DNA from: Octopus sinensis
Taxonomy: Eukaryota
Length of the DNA stretch: 64,000 nucleotides
NCBI RefSeq assembly: GCF_006345805.1
Contig: NC_043004.1
Coordinates: 67,890,001-67,954,000 of the forward strand
Direction: 5' to 3'
Shown: positions 39,440 to 52,427 of the stretch, piece after piece
Layout of the letters: every line of letters starts with the position of its first letter
Numbering within the stretch: position 1 is the stretch's first letter
Made by a program: the position numbers and the translations under genes
The notes under the pieces: model-generated
The model's database searches: none
Told to the model about the DNA's origin: nothing
The model's input: only the letters and a program-made list of their open reading frames with translations

Positions 39440-39930
39440 CTTGTGTTTGCCGTTGTTGATGATGATGATGATGATCATGTTGCTCTTCTCCTTGTTAATG
39501 TCGCTGTTTTTCCGCTTGCTGTTATCCATGCTGTTGTTGTTGTTATATTGTTGTTGTTTTTTTTGTTGTTGTTATTGTTGTTGTTATTGTTGCTGTTGTT
39601 GCTGTTGTTGTTGTTGTTGTTGTTGTTGTTTAATTCTACTTGATGTCTTCGAGAAGATTGTAGTGGTTGCGATTATCATTGCTGATGAGGTTGTTGGTGA
39701 TTTTCTATTATTGATGCTGTTGTTGTTGTTGTTGTTGATGTCAAAGATTTTGCCGTTGTTTTTGTTGTTCTTGTTGCTATTCTCATTGACGATAATGTTC
39801 TTGTTTATGGCGGCGATTCATTCTCATTGATGTTGATGTTCTTGATGTTGGAGTAGCTACTGATGTTCATACGTTTCTGATGTTGATACTGTTGTTGCCT
39901 GAAGTGTGTGATGTTACTATTTTGTCATTG
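39440..39930. repeat. (GTT)n/(GAT)n/(GCT)n low-complexity block
   Basis: Directly visible; explains the poly-L/C ORFs. Confidence 0.9.
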
Positions 39931-39996
39931 TTGTTGCTGTTGCTAAGATTATTACTCTCTCCCCATACCCTCTCTCTTTCTGTCTGTCTCTCTCCC

Positions 39997-40049
<53 letters not shown>

Positions 40050-40519
40050 CTCGTTTTTCTAATAATACATTCTAGTGTTTTGATCTGTTTTCAGAATTAT
40101 TCGTTTCTATTTGTTCAAAAACCGAAAATCAATTTAAATGTCTGCAACATCTATTCTTTTCGCCCTAGATGTTATGCGCAATTCTATATACTCTTTCATA
40201 TCCTCCACGCCTCTAATCCGTAAATAAAATGGTTGATTCTATTATTATCCATCTTCGCACAATTATAATATATCTTTTATTATATTACATTTTCAGCTTT
40301 TCCTTCTATTTTATTATATTTTATAATATATTGGCACTTTGATTAATCATTCTGCTAACCCAAATTTACATATTTAGAATACATAATAATGATTCCTCTT
40401 ACAAATGCACACGTCCTCTCATGTATGCGTGTATTCATTATATACATATGTATCTGTCTCTCCCTCTCTCTCTCTCTATTTCTGAATATATCTTCATCTA
40501 AATATATTGATATACACGC

Positions 40520-40640
40520 AAATATATATATATATAATATGTATATATATACATTATGTATATATATATATATATATACATACATGATATATATATATAT
40601 ATAATATATTATATGTTATGATATATAATATAATATTATT

Positions 40641-40717
<77 letters not shown>

Positions 40718-40723
40718 ATATAT

Positions 40724-40780
<57 letters not shown>
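40520..40780. repeat. (TA)n microsatellite
   Basis: Directly visible. Confidence 0.95.
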
Positions 40781-40783
<3 letters not shown>

Positions 40784-41203
40784 ATTCAAAATAATATTCT
40801 ATTTATAACCATTTATGTGTGTGTAGTAATAAATATGCAATAAATATGCTGTTTCATACACGTAAAATACATTTGGATGTACAGATATTCATATTATTAT
40901 AGAAATAAATTTAACCCAAGCACGGCCAGAGGAAGAATGGGGATGCTTATAAGTAGCAATATTTTAAATGTTGTTTTTTTATTGTTTAAATTATTCCGTG
41001 TAATTACCGATAATTTTGCAGGCCTGTTGTTTTTGAAGTTGCAGTTGCTGATCTGCAATATAATCTTACGCACGCTGACTTATTATAGAGGCTTAGGAAC
41101 GAGGATCTTAATCCATTTTAGTAATACACTCACGATATTTCCATTATGTATGAATCATCACAGAGCCATGTCAACTTAACTTATTAAGAAAGACGCGTAC
41201 AAA

Positions 41204-41727
41204 GGCGGCAGGGCTGGCGGAGACGTTAGCACGCCGGGTGAAATGGGTAGCCGTATTTCGTCTGCCGTTACGTTCTGAGTTCAAATTCCGCCGAGGTCGA
41301 CTTTGCCTTCCATCCTTTCGGGGTCGATTAAATAACTACCAGTTACGCACTAGGGTCAATATAATCGACTTAATCCGTTTGTCTGTCCTTGTTTGTCTCC
41401 TCTGTGTTTAGCCCCTTGTGGTTAGTAAAGAAATAGGTATTACGTTTGCCGTTACGTTCTGAGATCAAATTCCGCCGAGGTCGACTTTGCCTTCCCTCCT
41501 TTCGGGGTCGATTAAATAACTACCAGTTACGCACTGGGGTCAATATAATCGACTTAATCCGTTTGTCTGTCCTTGTTTGTCTCCTCTGTGTTTAGCCCCT
41601 TGTGGTTAGTAAAGAAATAGGTATTACGTTTGCCGTTACGTTCTGAGTTCAAATTCCGCCGAGGTCGACATTGCCTTCCATCCTTTCAGGGTCGATTAAA
41701 TAACTACCAGTTACGCACTGGGGTCAA
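41204..41727 (+). mobile_element. SINE family B: head plus about 2.6 tandem 184-bp body units
   Basis: Unit starts at 41253, 41437 and 41621. Confidence 0.93.
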
Positions 41728-42194
41728 TGCTTTTGGTAAGCAAACTACTTACGGCACAACCACTGCTGCGCCTATATACACATATATATATGTGTGTGTG
41801 TTTGTGTGTGTCATCGTTCGGCATTCACGTTCGACATTTACACACACACACACACACGCAGTAGAATGCATAAATGCATAATATATGTTGCTGCGGAAAC
41901 CAAAGTATCTTGAGTTATGGCACTAACAATTTGGAAAAAGAACGGAACTGTTAGCGCATTGTAGTCATACAGCTAAGTACATTTTAGATGAATATCAGCC
42001 TCCTTCAATTTCCTTTTGCTACGGAAGAAGAATTGGTTTTGAAATGTTTAATTCATATGTTGTATTAATATGAATTTTAGCATGTGTAAATGGATGACCA
42101 TGTTTGGGGTATGCATATATATTCACATGTTCATATGTAAGTATACGTACATACATACATATATATTTATATATATATGTGTGTGTGTGTGTGT

Positions 42195-42248
<54 letters not shown>

Positions 42249-42607
42249 AAGACACATACACACACATATATATATAGTATTACATTTATGTATCTGGACG
42301 ACTGTAAGCAAAACGCACCTGCGCATACATAGTTATTCTTTTCAAAAATGTTAATTAAATGGTTGAAATAAAATTATTACTTAAAATATTACTTCAAATT
42401 TTTTCTGAAACAATGGTTTTATGAGGCAAGTGCTTACAAAGACATCGCTCTTATGAAGTGTAAGACGATTAGAGTATTGCCATTAGAAGCAGAAATGAAA
42501 AAGGAAACGTGAGCTCGAAGCAGTGTCCTCCGTAAGGATTATAAAATTCAGAGATCCATTGGTATTATCGCTGATGAGGAAATTCTTACAATATATGTGT
42601 AAATAGC

Positions 42608-42785
42608 CATGATAGATCGCTAGCCACTAAGCCTTTTCTATCATCTTTTTCTGTTTATTTCTGTGTTCCTCTCCGTCAAAGAGCTTAGGCTCGAAGCGTG
42701 AAAGACTTTCTCACTTCCCACATCAGTTTGTTGTTTACACACCCGTCTTCGTCTTTTACCTTTTGTAAATTCTCACTGTATATTT
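42608..42785 (+). mobile_element. Repeat family C, copy 2 (decayed minimal hammerhead)
   Basis: tagatcgctagccacta...ctct-CCGTCAA-A-gagc-ttag-gctc-GAAG-cg-TG-aaag; inverted homolog of 22985-23162. Confidence 0.7.
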
Positions 42786-42789
42786 ATCT

Positions 42790-43005
42790 TTTATTTATTC
42801 TTTTATCTACTTTACCACTGACTCCTTGACCACTCCCCTAAGTATGATATTTTTGCGCTATGCCTACCCCCAAAAAAGTCCCCCCACCACCCCTTTAAAC
42901 CTGACTAAATGTATAAATGCCAAAACTATTCTTGTTAACTAGCTTCCTGATGATTTCTCTTGAATGAAACAGTTCTAGTCCTGTAGAAGCTCCTTCTATA
43001 TAATA
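42790..43005 (+). mobile_element. Hammerhead-bearing short repeat family E, copy 1
   Basis: Inverted homolog of 55458-55690; ends ccttctata before a TA-rich tract. Confidence 0.85.
42941..42991 (+). ncRNA. Intact type I hammerhead ribozyme
   Basis: agcttc-CTGATGA-t-ttc-tctt-gaa-t-GAAA-cag-ttctagtc-ctg-TA-gaagct. Stem I 6 bp, stem II 3 bp, stem III 3 bp plus the A-U pair, complete catalytic core. Predicted cleavage after GTA at 42985. Confidence 0.85.
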
Positions 43006-43824
43006 AATATATATATATATATATACACACAAACCTGATAGCAGCACTGAATGCTTAGTAGGCATGACCTCCAGGAATGCATACGGATGCTCTCCTTACG
43101 TTTCTCGCACATCGGTTATCTTCTTACATTTGCGACAAACGATCATCAGTATTTCGCTTGCCCTTAGTTTACATATCCTTATTTTACTTCCTTTTACGCA
43201 CATCTCATGCTCCTTCTCGTTCCCCATCTCTCCCCGCACAATTTACTCCACGTAAGACTTACACCTATTTCGATTTTCATGTCATTACACTAACACTCGG
43301 TATTATATAATTTTATCTCTCAACATCGAAAGGCAAGTAATTTCTAAGCCATATTTTTTCTAAAAATATGGCTTTTCTTTTAGTTGAATGAAATTCAACA
43401 TATACATATACTTCGTTTACAATTAATGAAGTTAATTGAAAATCCATATTATATTCGCAGTTAGTGATATCGCTGATAATATTGCAATTCTTGCTGCGTA
43501 TATAGATGAGGACAACAATTTGTTATCTGTAATTATCTTAATATTTAATTTAGTTATTCACGCTTTTATCGGTAGTGTATGAAAAAAATGCATACATATT
43601 TACGTACATATATTCTTCCGTAGCTATGTATCTATGTGTGCGTGCGTTTATGTGTATAAAACAAAACTGTCCGACGATTGAGAACGTGAAACTCTGTGTA
43701 TCAGATTTTGTGATCTCTTTGCTGCTCTATTATATATATATATATATATGGCGACTGAGATGTATCTATACCTATATTGAGAGACATTTAAATATATACA
43801 TATCTATAAATGCGCGCGTACATA

Positions 43825-43851
43825 TGTGCGTGTGTGTGTGTCTGTGTGTAT

Positions 43852-43925
<74 letters not shown>
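43825..43925. repeat. (TG)n microsatellite
   Basis: Directly visible. Confidence 0.95.
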
Positions 43926-43926
<1 letters not shown>

Positions 43927-44984
43927 TACATGTACGTGTATTTATAGATAAACAAGCTTAGAAATCTAAAATATATGCAAAGTAATGAAAAGCGTTGGTT
44001 TTATTTAAGCATTTGCTATGAAATATTAAATAGGTTTAAGATCACCACTGGTGACCGGCACATTTTCATATTGCTCTAACAGCAAAATATCAGTGATTAT
44101 TGCATGGTACGCTTCGAAATCGACGACTACCCAGCAAAGAGGTTATGGTCTAAACGTTTCCCATCGATTCTCTCCGGCTTGGCAGGCTCCAAAAGCGCCG
44201 ATAATCACGCCGACATGGTCATTTATTTCTATGTGTCTACATATGCGTGTCGATGGTATTTTCTGACACAGTATGATAGTGCTTAATTCTTCCCCAATCG
44301 ATCTCCCAAATATATTTCACATATTTCTATGTAGCATACATCTAAGTTAGCGGGAAGAGTAGATACCACTAGGGGAACATCGCTCTTCAGCTAGCTTCCA
44401 CTCTAGGGCAACGGGTATAAACTGAATATCTTTAGAAAAAAATCTTTATTTATAAGTGTACATGTGTACATATGTATGTAGACAATATATGTTTGAGTAA
44501 GTGTCTATAGACCCACATACACATTCATGCGAATAATTTTGCTATTCTTAGCACTTTTATTGAGTAGGCCATGAGTCACTAGGTCACTGTGATGGATCAG
44601 CAAACAAGATTATTATATACAAAACAGATATGGAGATGGAGTTGTTAATGCTCGCATGTATATGTGCGCGTGTGAATGTTTTCCTTGTATTTATATACGG
44701 GTGTGTGTGTGTAGTTTTGTGTGTCTGCGTATGTATTCGTGTGTGTGTACAGTTGGTTCCTTAAAGTGTTCTATCGTAGTCGATAAAATACTAGAGCGCC
44801 TTGTGATATTCTAGCTAGAGTTTTGAAGTGGTTTTTATCTATAGAAAAAAAAATGGGGAATCAATATTTCTGTCATTCAATGAATGTATACTATACTTCT
44901 GCCAATCTCAGTATTGTTTATTTCTGATATTGGCTCATAGCCATTAATTTCCACGAAAAAGAATGGGGCAAACACAAACTATTA

Positions 44985-45630
44985 AATATTGAGAGTACAC
45001 ATTTTATTGATACCCAAACCGCAACACGAAAATCAAGTTTTGATCCCTGTGAGATTTGAAATCAGAACATCAAAATGGTATAATTCGAAATATTGCAAGG
45101 CATTTGATCCAGTATTCCCACTGATTCTGCTATTCTCTGCGTAACGTTCTTTCTACACCCTCGGGGGAGCGATTTTGTAGGATTATAAGCTTGCCAGTAT
45201 GTTCTTTGTGCCTTTGAGCACTGAATTCAGATTCTACCACTAACAACTTTACCTTTGATCGTTTCAGGGTTGATAAAATAAATACACGTCGAGTACCGGG
45301 GACGATGTAGTCAACTGACAACTTCTCCCGCTATTTCAGGATTTGTGTCTCTAAATGGCAGTAATGCGACCATCTCGCGCAATCATCAGCATGTCGGACC
45401 AAACTCTTAACGGTATTTCTTCTCACTTTTAAAATGTATTTGTTTCAGTCATCGGAGTGCGGAAATGCTGGAGAACTGCTTTGAAGGTTTCTTTTTTATA
45501 AATAGGCCACAAAACTTGCTTGTTTTTAAAGACTGGTACTTGTCTTATTCATCTCTTTCTGCCGAACCACTAAGTTATGAGCACATAAACAAAACAAAAT
45601 CGGTTGTTAAGCGGTTAAAGAACAAATACA
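44985..45630. mobile_element. Old SINE remnants: family B minus (44985-45135), family B plus (45205-45360), family A 3' half minus (45435-45630)
   Basis: Diverged gagatttgaaatcagaac, ctttgatcgtttcagggttgataaaat and tgtttcagtcatc..gccgaaccactaagttat motifs. Confidence 0.55.
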
Positions 45631-47399
45631 GACATACACATGCACACGCGCACACGCATGCACAAACACACAAACACGAAACACACATACACAAGCACAA
45701 AAACGCACAAACACACACAAGCATACACACAAACACACAAACACATACACAAACACGCAAGCACACATAAAAGAACACGCAAAGACACTCACACATATAT
45801 AGCCAGTGCAGATCAACCCAAGACCAGGTACTTGGAAAGTGATCTTGTCAGCTATACACTCATCTCCATATTGAAGAAACTGTGAATCTAGATTGAGTGA
45901 TATTGTCTTGTGAACGGTAGTCCGGAAGAAAAAAAAGAGACGTGGGTTCAATGATGATAAACATTCGATCATACATCTCCTGATTCAGGGCACCCCTAAA
46001 ATCTATGGCTGCCTGTTGAAAATAGAGGGAACACAGTAGCACGTACCATGCATTTGTTAATGGTTTTAGGTTTCTGTGCATTTGAGAGTAGACAGAGATT
46101 CCCTCTCGTTCGCAGAACTTTGACTACCCTTTGCCAGATAGCTGAACCAAAACTCTGCTAATGCACATTTCAAAATGGAGCATTTTGGTAAAAACGGTCA
46201 CAATGTGCTACTTGGTCCACTAATCCAATTTATGAACATGAAACCAGGGAAATTCAGTAGTTGTCCCCACGCTGTCCATCAAGGTCGCAACGGTTTAAAC
46301 AATAATCTTCACAATTTATAACGTGTAAGGACACCAAAAAGCATTTTTTATATCTAACTTAACGTGGATGCATTGTGAGAGTGCCTCCGCGTTATTTACT
46401 TTGAGAGAATCTCTCACATAGGTGCACGGTGCTTAAAAGCATACACAGTTATATCAGTGCCAGACATAAACATGTGCGCTTTACACATCGTACGTCCATA
46501 TGAGAGTCCCAGTTAGGATAAATAAATATTCAGCACTACAACAGTTCATGTACGTTAACCTGGTTATGAAGATCGCCTTTTCGTATTAATACTGCTGTTG
46601 TCGCTAATAGCTTTGTGTTGTATACGGATATGTTTTAGATTTAAGTTTGAGTTGAAAATTATTTATCGAAATACTTGTCCATCTGATATGAAAGATATAA
46701 CGAGAGAAAATAAACAATATAGATTTTATGTTCATGACGCGAGAAAGATTCTGCTTCGAATCGTTGGATATATCAATCTATTTTAATGTTATGAAACCAA
46801 TAAGAAAACGTAGTTAAAGCGTAGCTGATATCAAACCAAGAGAAGAGCTATTGAGTGCTAGAAATAAGCCAAATCTCCATCAGATCATATCCTACTTTAC
46901 TGAGGAAAGGAAGAATTAATTTTCTAATACAGTTCTATATAAACTAATGTTTATTTAAAGGGAGATAGTCGCACTTGAAACACATTTCGGTGTAGTTACT
47001 AGAACTTACTTTGAGTTTAAATGCAAGAGGACCACCATCATATAAAGGATATCAAATGATTGAAGGAACCTTTATACGTGTGATTGACTTTCGACAATTA
47101 GTTGCCAAAACCCCATCAAACCACACACTACGGCTTTAAAAAAGGAACAGTACATTAAGCCATGTATTCCTATATACATTGTACTAACATTGAGTTCAAA
47201 GCGGTTTACCACATATGCAAATCTTTTGAGGGTAATTCTGTTCGATCAGTCATTATACGAGTCTGAAGATAATAAAGATCAAGATGTGGATGAGGAATTC
47301 CAACCACGTTTCGTGTTTCGCTACCTCAACAGCTCCTTTATAGGATACAGTGGCTAAGGACATCATGAGGAGAAACCACATCCGTTGTCGGCCCCTATC

Positions 47400-48700
47400 T
47401 CTCAATCATTTTCGACGTGTCGCTCCCCTCCTGATTCGGAGGTGTCTTCAGCTCTGGAGATGAGTGCGTTCTTTTCCTTTTGTTCTGGCTTTCTGTTGTT
47501 TGGTTTCCTCGATGCAGCGTCAACCAATGTCAGCGGACGAATGGTCACCCTGACAAATTACTCTCCAAATACTCGCCGGCCCACCTGTCAAGCAGCAAAG
47601 CTGTTTCAGTGCCAGCCGGCTCCACCTAGCGACGCTATTTCCCAATCGGCATATTATGGCTTTCATATCAATTCGGGACTTCTCGTTTCAGCCATATATA
47701 GAAGATGGTTTTGTCGACTGCCTCCTGTATCCTCTTTATTAGTTTTCTCAGTACTGAGCTTTCCAGCTCCCAGGATTCCTTCCATCTTTCGCCTGTCTCG
47801 TATACTTTATTTGAAGGCTTGTTCTTATTTCCTTTTCCCTGCTTCTTGGAGTATATTCTTTCGTATTTTTCCATTTTTGGGTATTTTCCCCTATTATATC
47901 CCTCGATCTTCATGAGTGCTGCGCTTATGACACCGAGGACTTGGTTATGATGCCACGTGTATCTGACTAGATCTAGCCTGCAGTTTGATAGATCATGTCT
48001 CACCGTCGCTTTCTCACCGCATCTACATTTATTTATCGTTTTAATGTTCCACCAGATTAAATAGGTCGATGAAAGCAAAACGTCGAAGGATCAGGAAGGA
48101 TGCTATTGCTTGTTCTCAAGCCCAATTTTTTCTTCCATGAGATTCTGCGACTGACCACATATTCGGATGTTCTTAGCATCTTTACTGTCCTCCACGCTCC
48201 CTGCCTTATATTCTTCGACGATTAAACGTATCGGTAGTTGCAGCACAGATTTTCCATATCGCCCAGTTGTATTCAACAGTTTTGGAAGACCAAGCAATTC
48301 TCAAATAAACATATTGCATCTTTGTTCCATACTTTCTACTCCACTCGAGGTTATTTCATACATTTTCAATGGCTACATTATCCTTGACTACAGTCCAAAT
48401 TGCAATATCCAATATTTGAATTTCCCTGGTAATGTTGTTCTGTCGATTGCCTGCATTCCCTGCTCCACGTTCCACTAAATTGTGTGTTTCTTTGCTTTGC
48501 TTTTTATCAGTTAATAAATCCCGGTATCATCTACCGAGACTTTTTACTGGTTATTCTTTCACCGTTGGTATGTCTTCGCCTGCTATCCATAACTTCCCTT
48601 CCTTTTAAACTCCTTTCATGAATGCCACACTTCGAGATTTCTTTGCTTTAAATTTCATTCGTCCAACCACCCTAACAAGGGTTAAATGAAATTTTGCTTC
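47400..48700 (-). mobile_element. HERO-like RLE non-LTR retrotransposon 3' fragment, stop-riddled and internally deleted
   Basis: Minus strand reads QAIDRTTLPGKFKYWILQFGL*SRIM*PLKMYE, LLGLPKLLNTTGRYGKSVLQLP, CRCGEKATVRHDLSNCRLDLVRYTWHHNQVL (zinc-knuckle region) and the C-terminus RKLIKRIQEAVDKTIFYIWLKRE. These match remembered HERO-clade motifs (LPGKFKAW, RYRWRHDQVL, AAEKASRWLWIKR). Confidence 0.8.
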
Positions 48701-49149
48701 GAATATGTCTGTATATAGTTGCTGAACCTCATTTTCTTTTATGATTTAGATGAGACCTGACAGCCACTTAATGGAGTAAAATGTGCAGAACAAGATGTCA
48801 CCCGTATTTACACGTCATTTGTGACAAATGTCACAGTAACATATCCAGTAACCATATCAGTAGCCAACTTATTGAAGGAATGGTGATACACACACACAGT
48901 CACACAAAGTCACACACACACACAGAAACACACGCGCAGACACACACACACATATAGATGCACACAAAAACACCAATATAAATGATTATTATGAGACATC
49001 GGCAGGGTTATCAGAGTAAACTTGACTGAAAGACAGTTCAAGTAGTTGAAGAATGCTGACAAAAGGCCATAATCCTATGGTAGCCGCATGGTTAAGGAGA
49101 TACATTCTCACCTCTTCTACCTCCTGTTATACCTCGAGATTTATACATA

Positions 49150-49151
49150 TG

Positions 49152-49190
<39 letters not shown>

Positions 49191-49204
49191 AGAAAGATAG
49201 ATAA

Positions 49205-49236
<32 letters not shown>

Positions 49237-49317
49237 CTAGATAGATAGATAGATAGATAGACAGATAGATAGATAGATAGATAGATAGATACATACATAC
49301 ATACATACGTACATACA

Positions 49318-49349
<32 letters not shown>

Positions 49350-49480
49350 GATAGAAAGATTGATAGATATACAGATAGAGATAAATATGTTTTTGCGTAT
49401 ATACATATGTGCATGTGTATGTATATGAGACACACATAAACAGACATGCACACACACACACACACACACACACACACCAT
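49150..49480. repeat. (TA)n/(GATA)n/(TACA)n/(CA)n compound microsatellite
   Basis: Directly visible. Confidence 0.95.
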
Positions 49481-51425
49481 TACATTGATAAACGTTGCCA
49501 TGTGATAAATTCTCTTCGTAGTCCCCTAGCTTTGTTATCGGTTCTATTTGTGGTATCCTCGCATCTTTCTAGCCATGGCAGACAGATATTTTGTGGATGG
49601 CTGCCTTAAGGCGTCGCCATAAACACACATGTGCGTGCTTTACTGCATTTACCAAGAGCCTAGTTTAATTTGTCATTTTCTTTTAAACTGTTTAGTTATT
49701 CCAGTTTCTGTAGTTATTGAAATAAGCAATCTTCTTAATATTAACTTATCTAACATTTTGAAGGTGCTTGTACGAATGATTGGAAGATAAGAGGAAGGAA
49801 TTTATCCATGAGTGATCCACTAAAAACCTCTGCTTCATCACTACTATGGTCACCAATAGGCAGCGATTTGAAATTTTAGTGTAACGCTTTAAACCCCACA
49901 AGGTTTATAACATGTACAAGGTTCATTGAAAACCTCGGAAATGTCATTGCATTTATGGTCATTTGAGAAATATAAAAGTTTTCTTGGTTTAAGGCGGAAA
50001 CATATGATTTGAGGGATATATGGCTGCTATTTCTTGTAGGTGGATAGCCAGCACCTAGATTCTGCATCGTTGGCTCGTACGAACGTGACGTTCCATTTAT
50101 TGGTTTAAGGATGTATTTGCATTAAAATACACATAAGCCACCCGCAATCATTATCCATTAAGCAAGACAAATTAAGTTCCTAAATCTTTTGAAACAGGAA
50201 TTTACCCATTTCCTTTCCAAGTGGAATCCTATAAAAATATTCCTTCATAACATGTGTCTCTTCTCCTCGTTTCTCACAGATTCTGAACTAAGTTATCATG
50301 ACGCCAGAGAATTATATCTCTGTCCATTTGATTATTGATGCTTCCCAATTTATTTATTAATGCCAACTTTATCTTCAATACATTTTCGCATTTCTATAAA
50401 ATATTCATAACAATTTCACCCAGTATTAACTGTGATTTATTCAGTGAATCCTTCAATTTGCACTGAATGTATACAGACCCAGATGAAGATGGCGGGGTAT
50501 TGATTAAGCATACGCTGAGAATCGATTAATACCAAACTATCTCCCATTTATCGAAAGCTGAAACACTAATTCCTATTGCTTTCTTTGACACCATATCGAA
50601 ATTGATGAAAAGTATCTGCATACAGGTCATAGTTATTTGTTTGTGAAGAAATTATTAAGACAACTCAACAACCAAACTGATGAAAATATTTTCTTTCGTT
50701 TGTGAGTGTCTTGTTACAGAGCTCCCCGCTGAAATGCATTCTGACAGCTAGCTCTATATCCTAAAATTGAAGGATATTCTTTGTTGATTTTGTGATAAAA
50801 CAGTATTGGCTACAATTACCAGAATTATAAGTCTGAGTATGATTAGTTGAATATATTTGAATTTAGATGTTCCTATAGTAAGTTTTCAATCAACTTGGCA
50901 TCGTCGATTTATATAAGTAATTGTATGGAACGGCGTCACTAAAAACTCCACTGTTTATTACATTTTCGAAAGCATCTAATTTACTTCGTTGACGTGGCAG
51001 ACATCTTCGTATTTCTCAGTCGTACGTGCAACGTATGATCTAGAGAATGGTTGAAGAGATCCAAACAATTTGGTTAAATGCAAAGCGATGCCTTTACAAC
51101 GGTGGCTTCATTCTACCACATCCTTTCGAAATTATATTAGAAGATTATATTAAAATGTAAGATGAAATTTATATTTCAATGTAACGTTCGAAACAGAATG
51201 AAACCTTATACAATGGAAAGTAATTCAGTAAACCATAAAGATGGAATAACATCAAAAGTGAATTCAATACCCAGGAAGGAAGCTAGTTTTCAATTGTCAT
51301 TATTAATGAGGAGACGGATACTGTGTTCGTAGTGTGAAAGAGATTGAATTTTCACAAACCAATTTCCAGCAATCGTTATTGGTCTGTTATGAAATGGAAT
51401 CTCGAGTATTATACACATGTATATA

Positions 51426-51507
<82 letters not shown>

Positions 51508-51864
51508 ATGTATGTATGTTTGTATGTATGTATATTGTTTCTAGAGTAAAAGCTGCCCGATTGCAACCCAAGTGTGAAAAGGTTAATAAATTGACATGAA
51601 AATGTTCAGTAACTAGAAGCGTCATAAAGTTAAATAAATTGGTAATTGTAATCCTGTAAAATGTCTCCTATTCAAGATGAATATTGGCAATATGCGAACA
51701 AATATCAGTGAATGAAGTGAACAGACCGTAAGATGAACCTAATCAAATATATCAGGAATTGTTGCAGATTCACAAGTTTTAGTGAAAATGTCGGTGGATG
51801 TCTTTGCAATATATTGTTTCATTGCCCGGCTAGAATTAAACACGCTTCTTCGTATGTCGACGTC

Positions 51865-52020
51865 GATGAGAAGGAGAAGAAGATGAAGAAGAAGAAGAAG
51901 AAGAAGAAGAAGAAGAGAAGAAGAAGAAGAGAAAGAAGGAGGAGGAGGAGGAGAAGAAGAAGAAGAAGAAGAAGAAGAAGAAGAAGAAGAAGAAGAAGAA
52001 GAAGAAGAAGAAGAAGAAGG
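51865..52020. repeat. (GAA)n/(GGA)n microsatellite
   Basis: Directly visible. Confidence 0.95.
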
Positions 52021-52224
52021 GAGTGGCAGTAATAACATAGATGAAAATAACAGTCACAATGTCATAATATCACGCACATTTTGTTGTGCCTGATGTGCCC
52101 TTATCCGGTGGGTAGTCATGATCAGTATTTTAGACCGGCGAAATCGTCTAAGTGTTTTGTCCAGTGTGCTTAACAATGCTTCTCACCTCACCACCTTGAT
52201 ATCATTATTGTTACTTTTAAAGTC

Positions 52225-52425
52225 TGTGAGCTGACAGAATCGTTAGCTAGCCAGAGAAAATGTTTAGCGATATTCCCTCTTTCTTTGTGTTCTGAGTTCA
52301 AATTCCGCCGAGGGTGCCTTTCATCCTCTCCCAGTGGACAAAATCAGTACCGAATGAGTACTGGGGTAGTTCTATTCGACTTAGTCCTGGACCCGAAACT
52401 GCTGCCGTGTGCCAAAACTTGAAAC
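52225..52425 (+). mobile_element. SINE family B copy
   Basis: gagctgacagaatcgttagc...gttctgagttcaaattccgccgagg...tactggggtag. Confidence 0.8.
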
Positions 52426-52427
52426 AA

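Noticed and set aside
47305-47340. CTGTTGA...GAAACG motif on the minus strand
   Set aside because: The core is altered and stems I and II do not pair.
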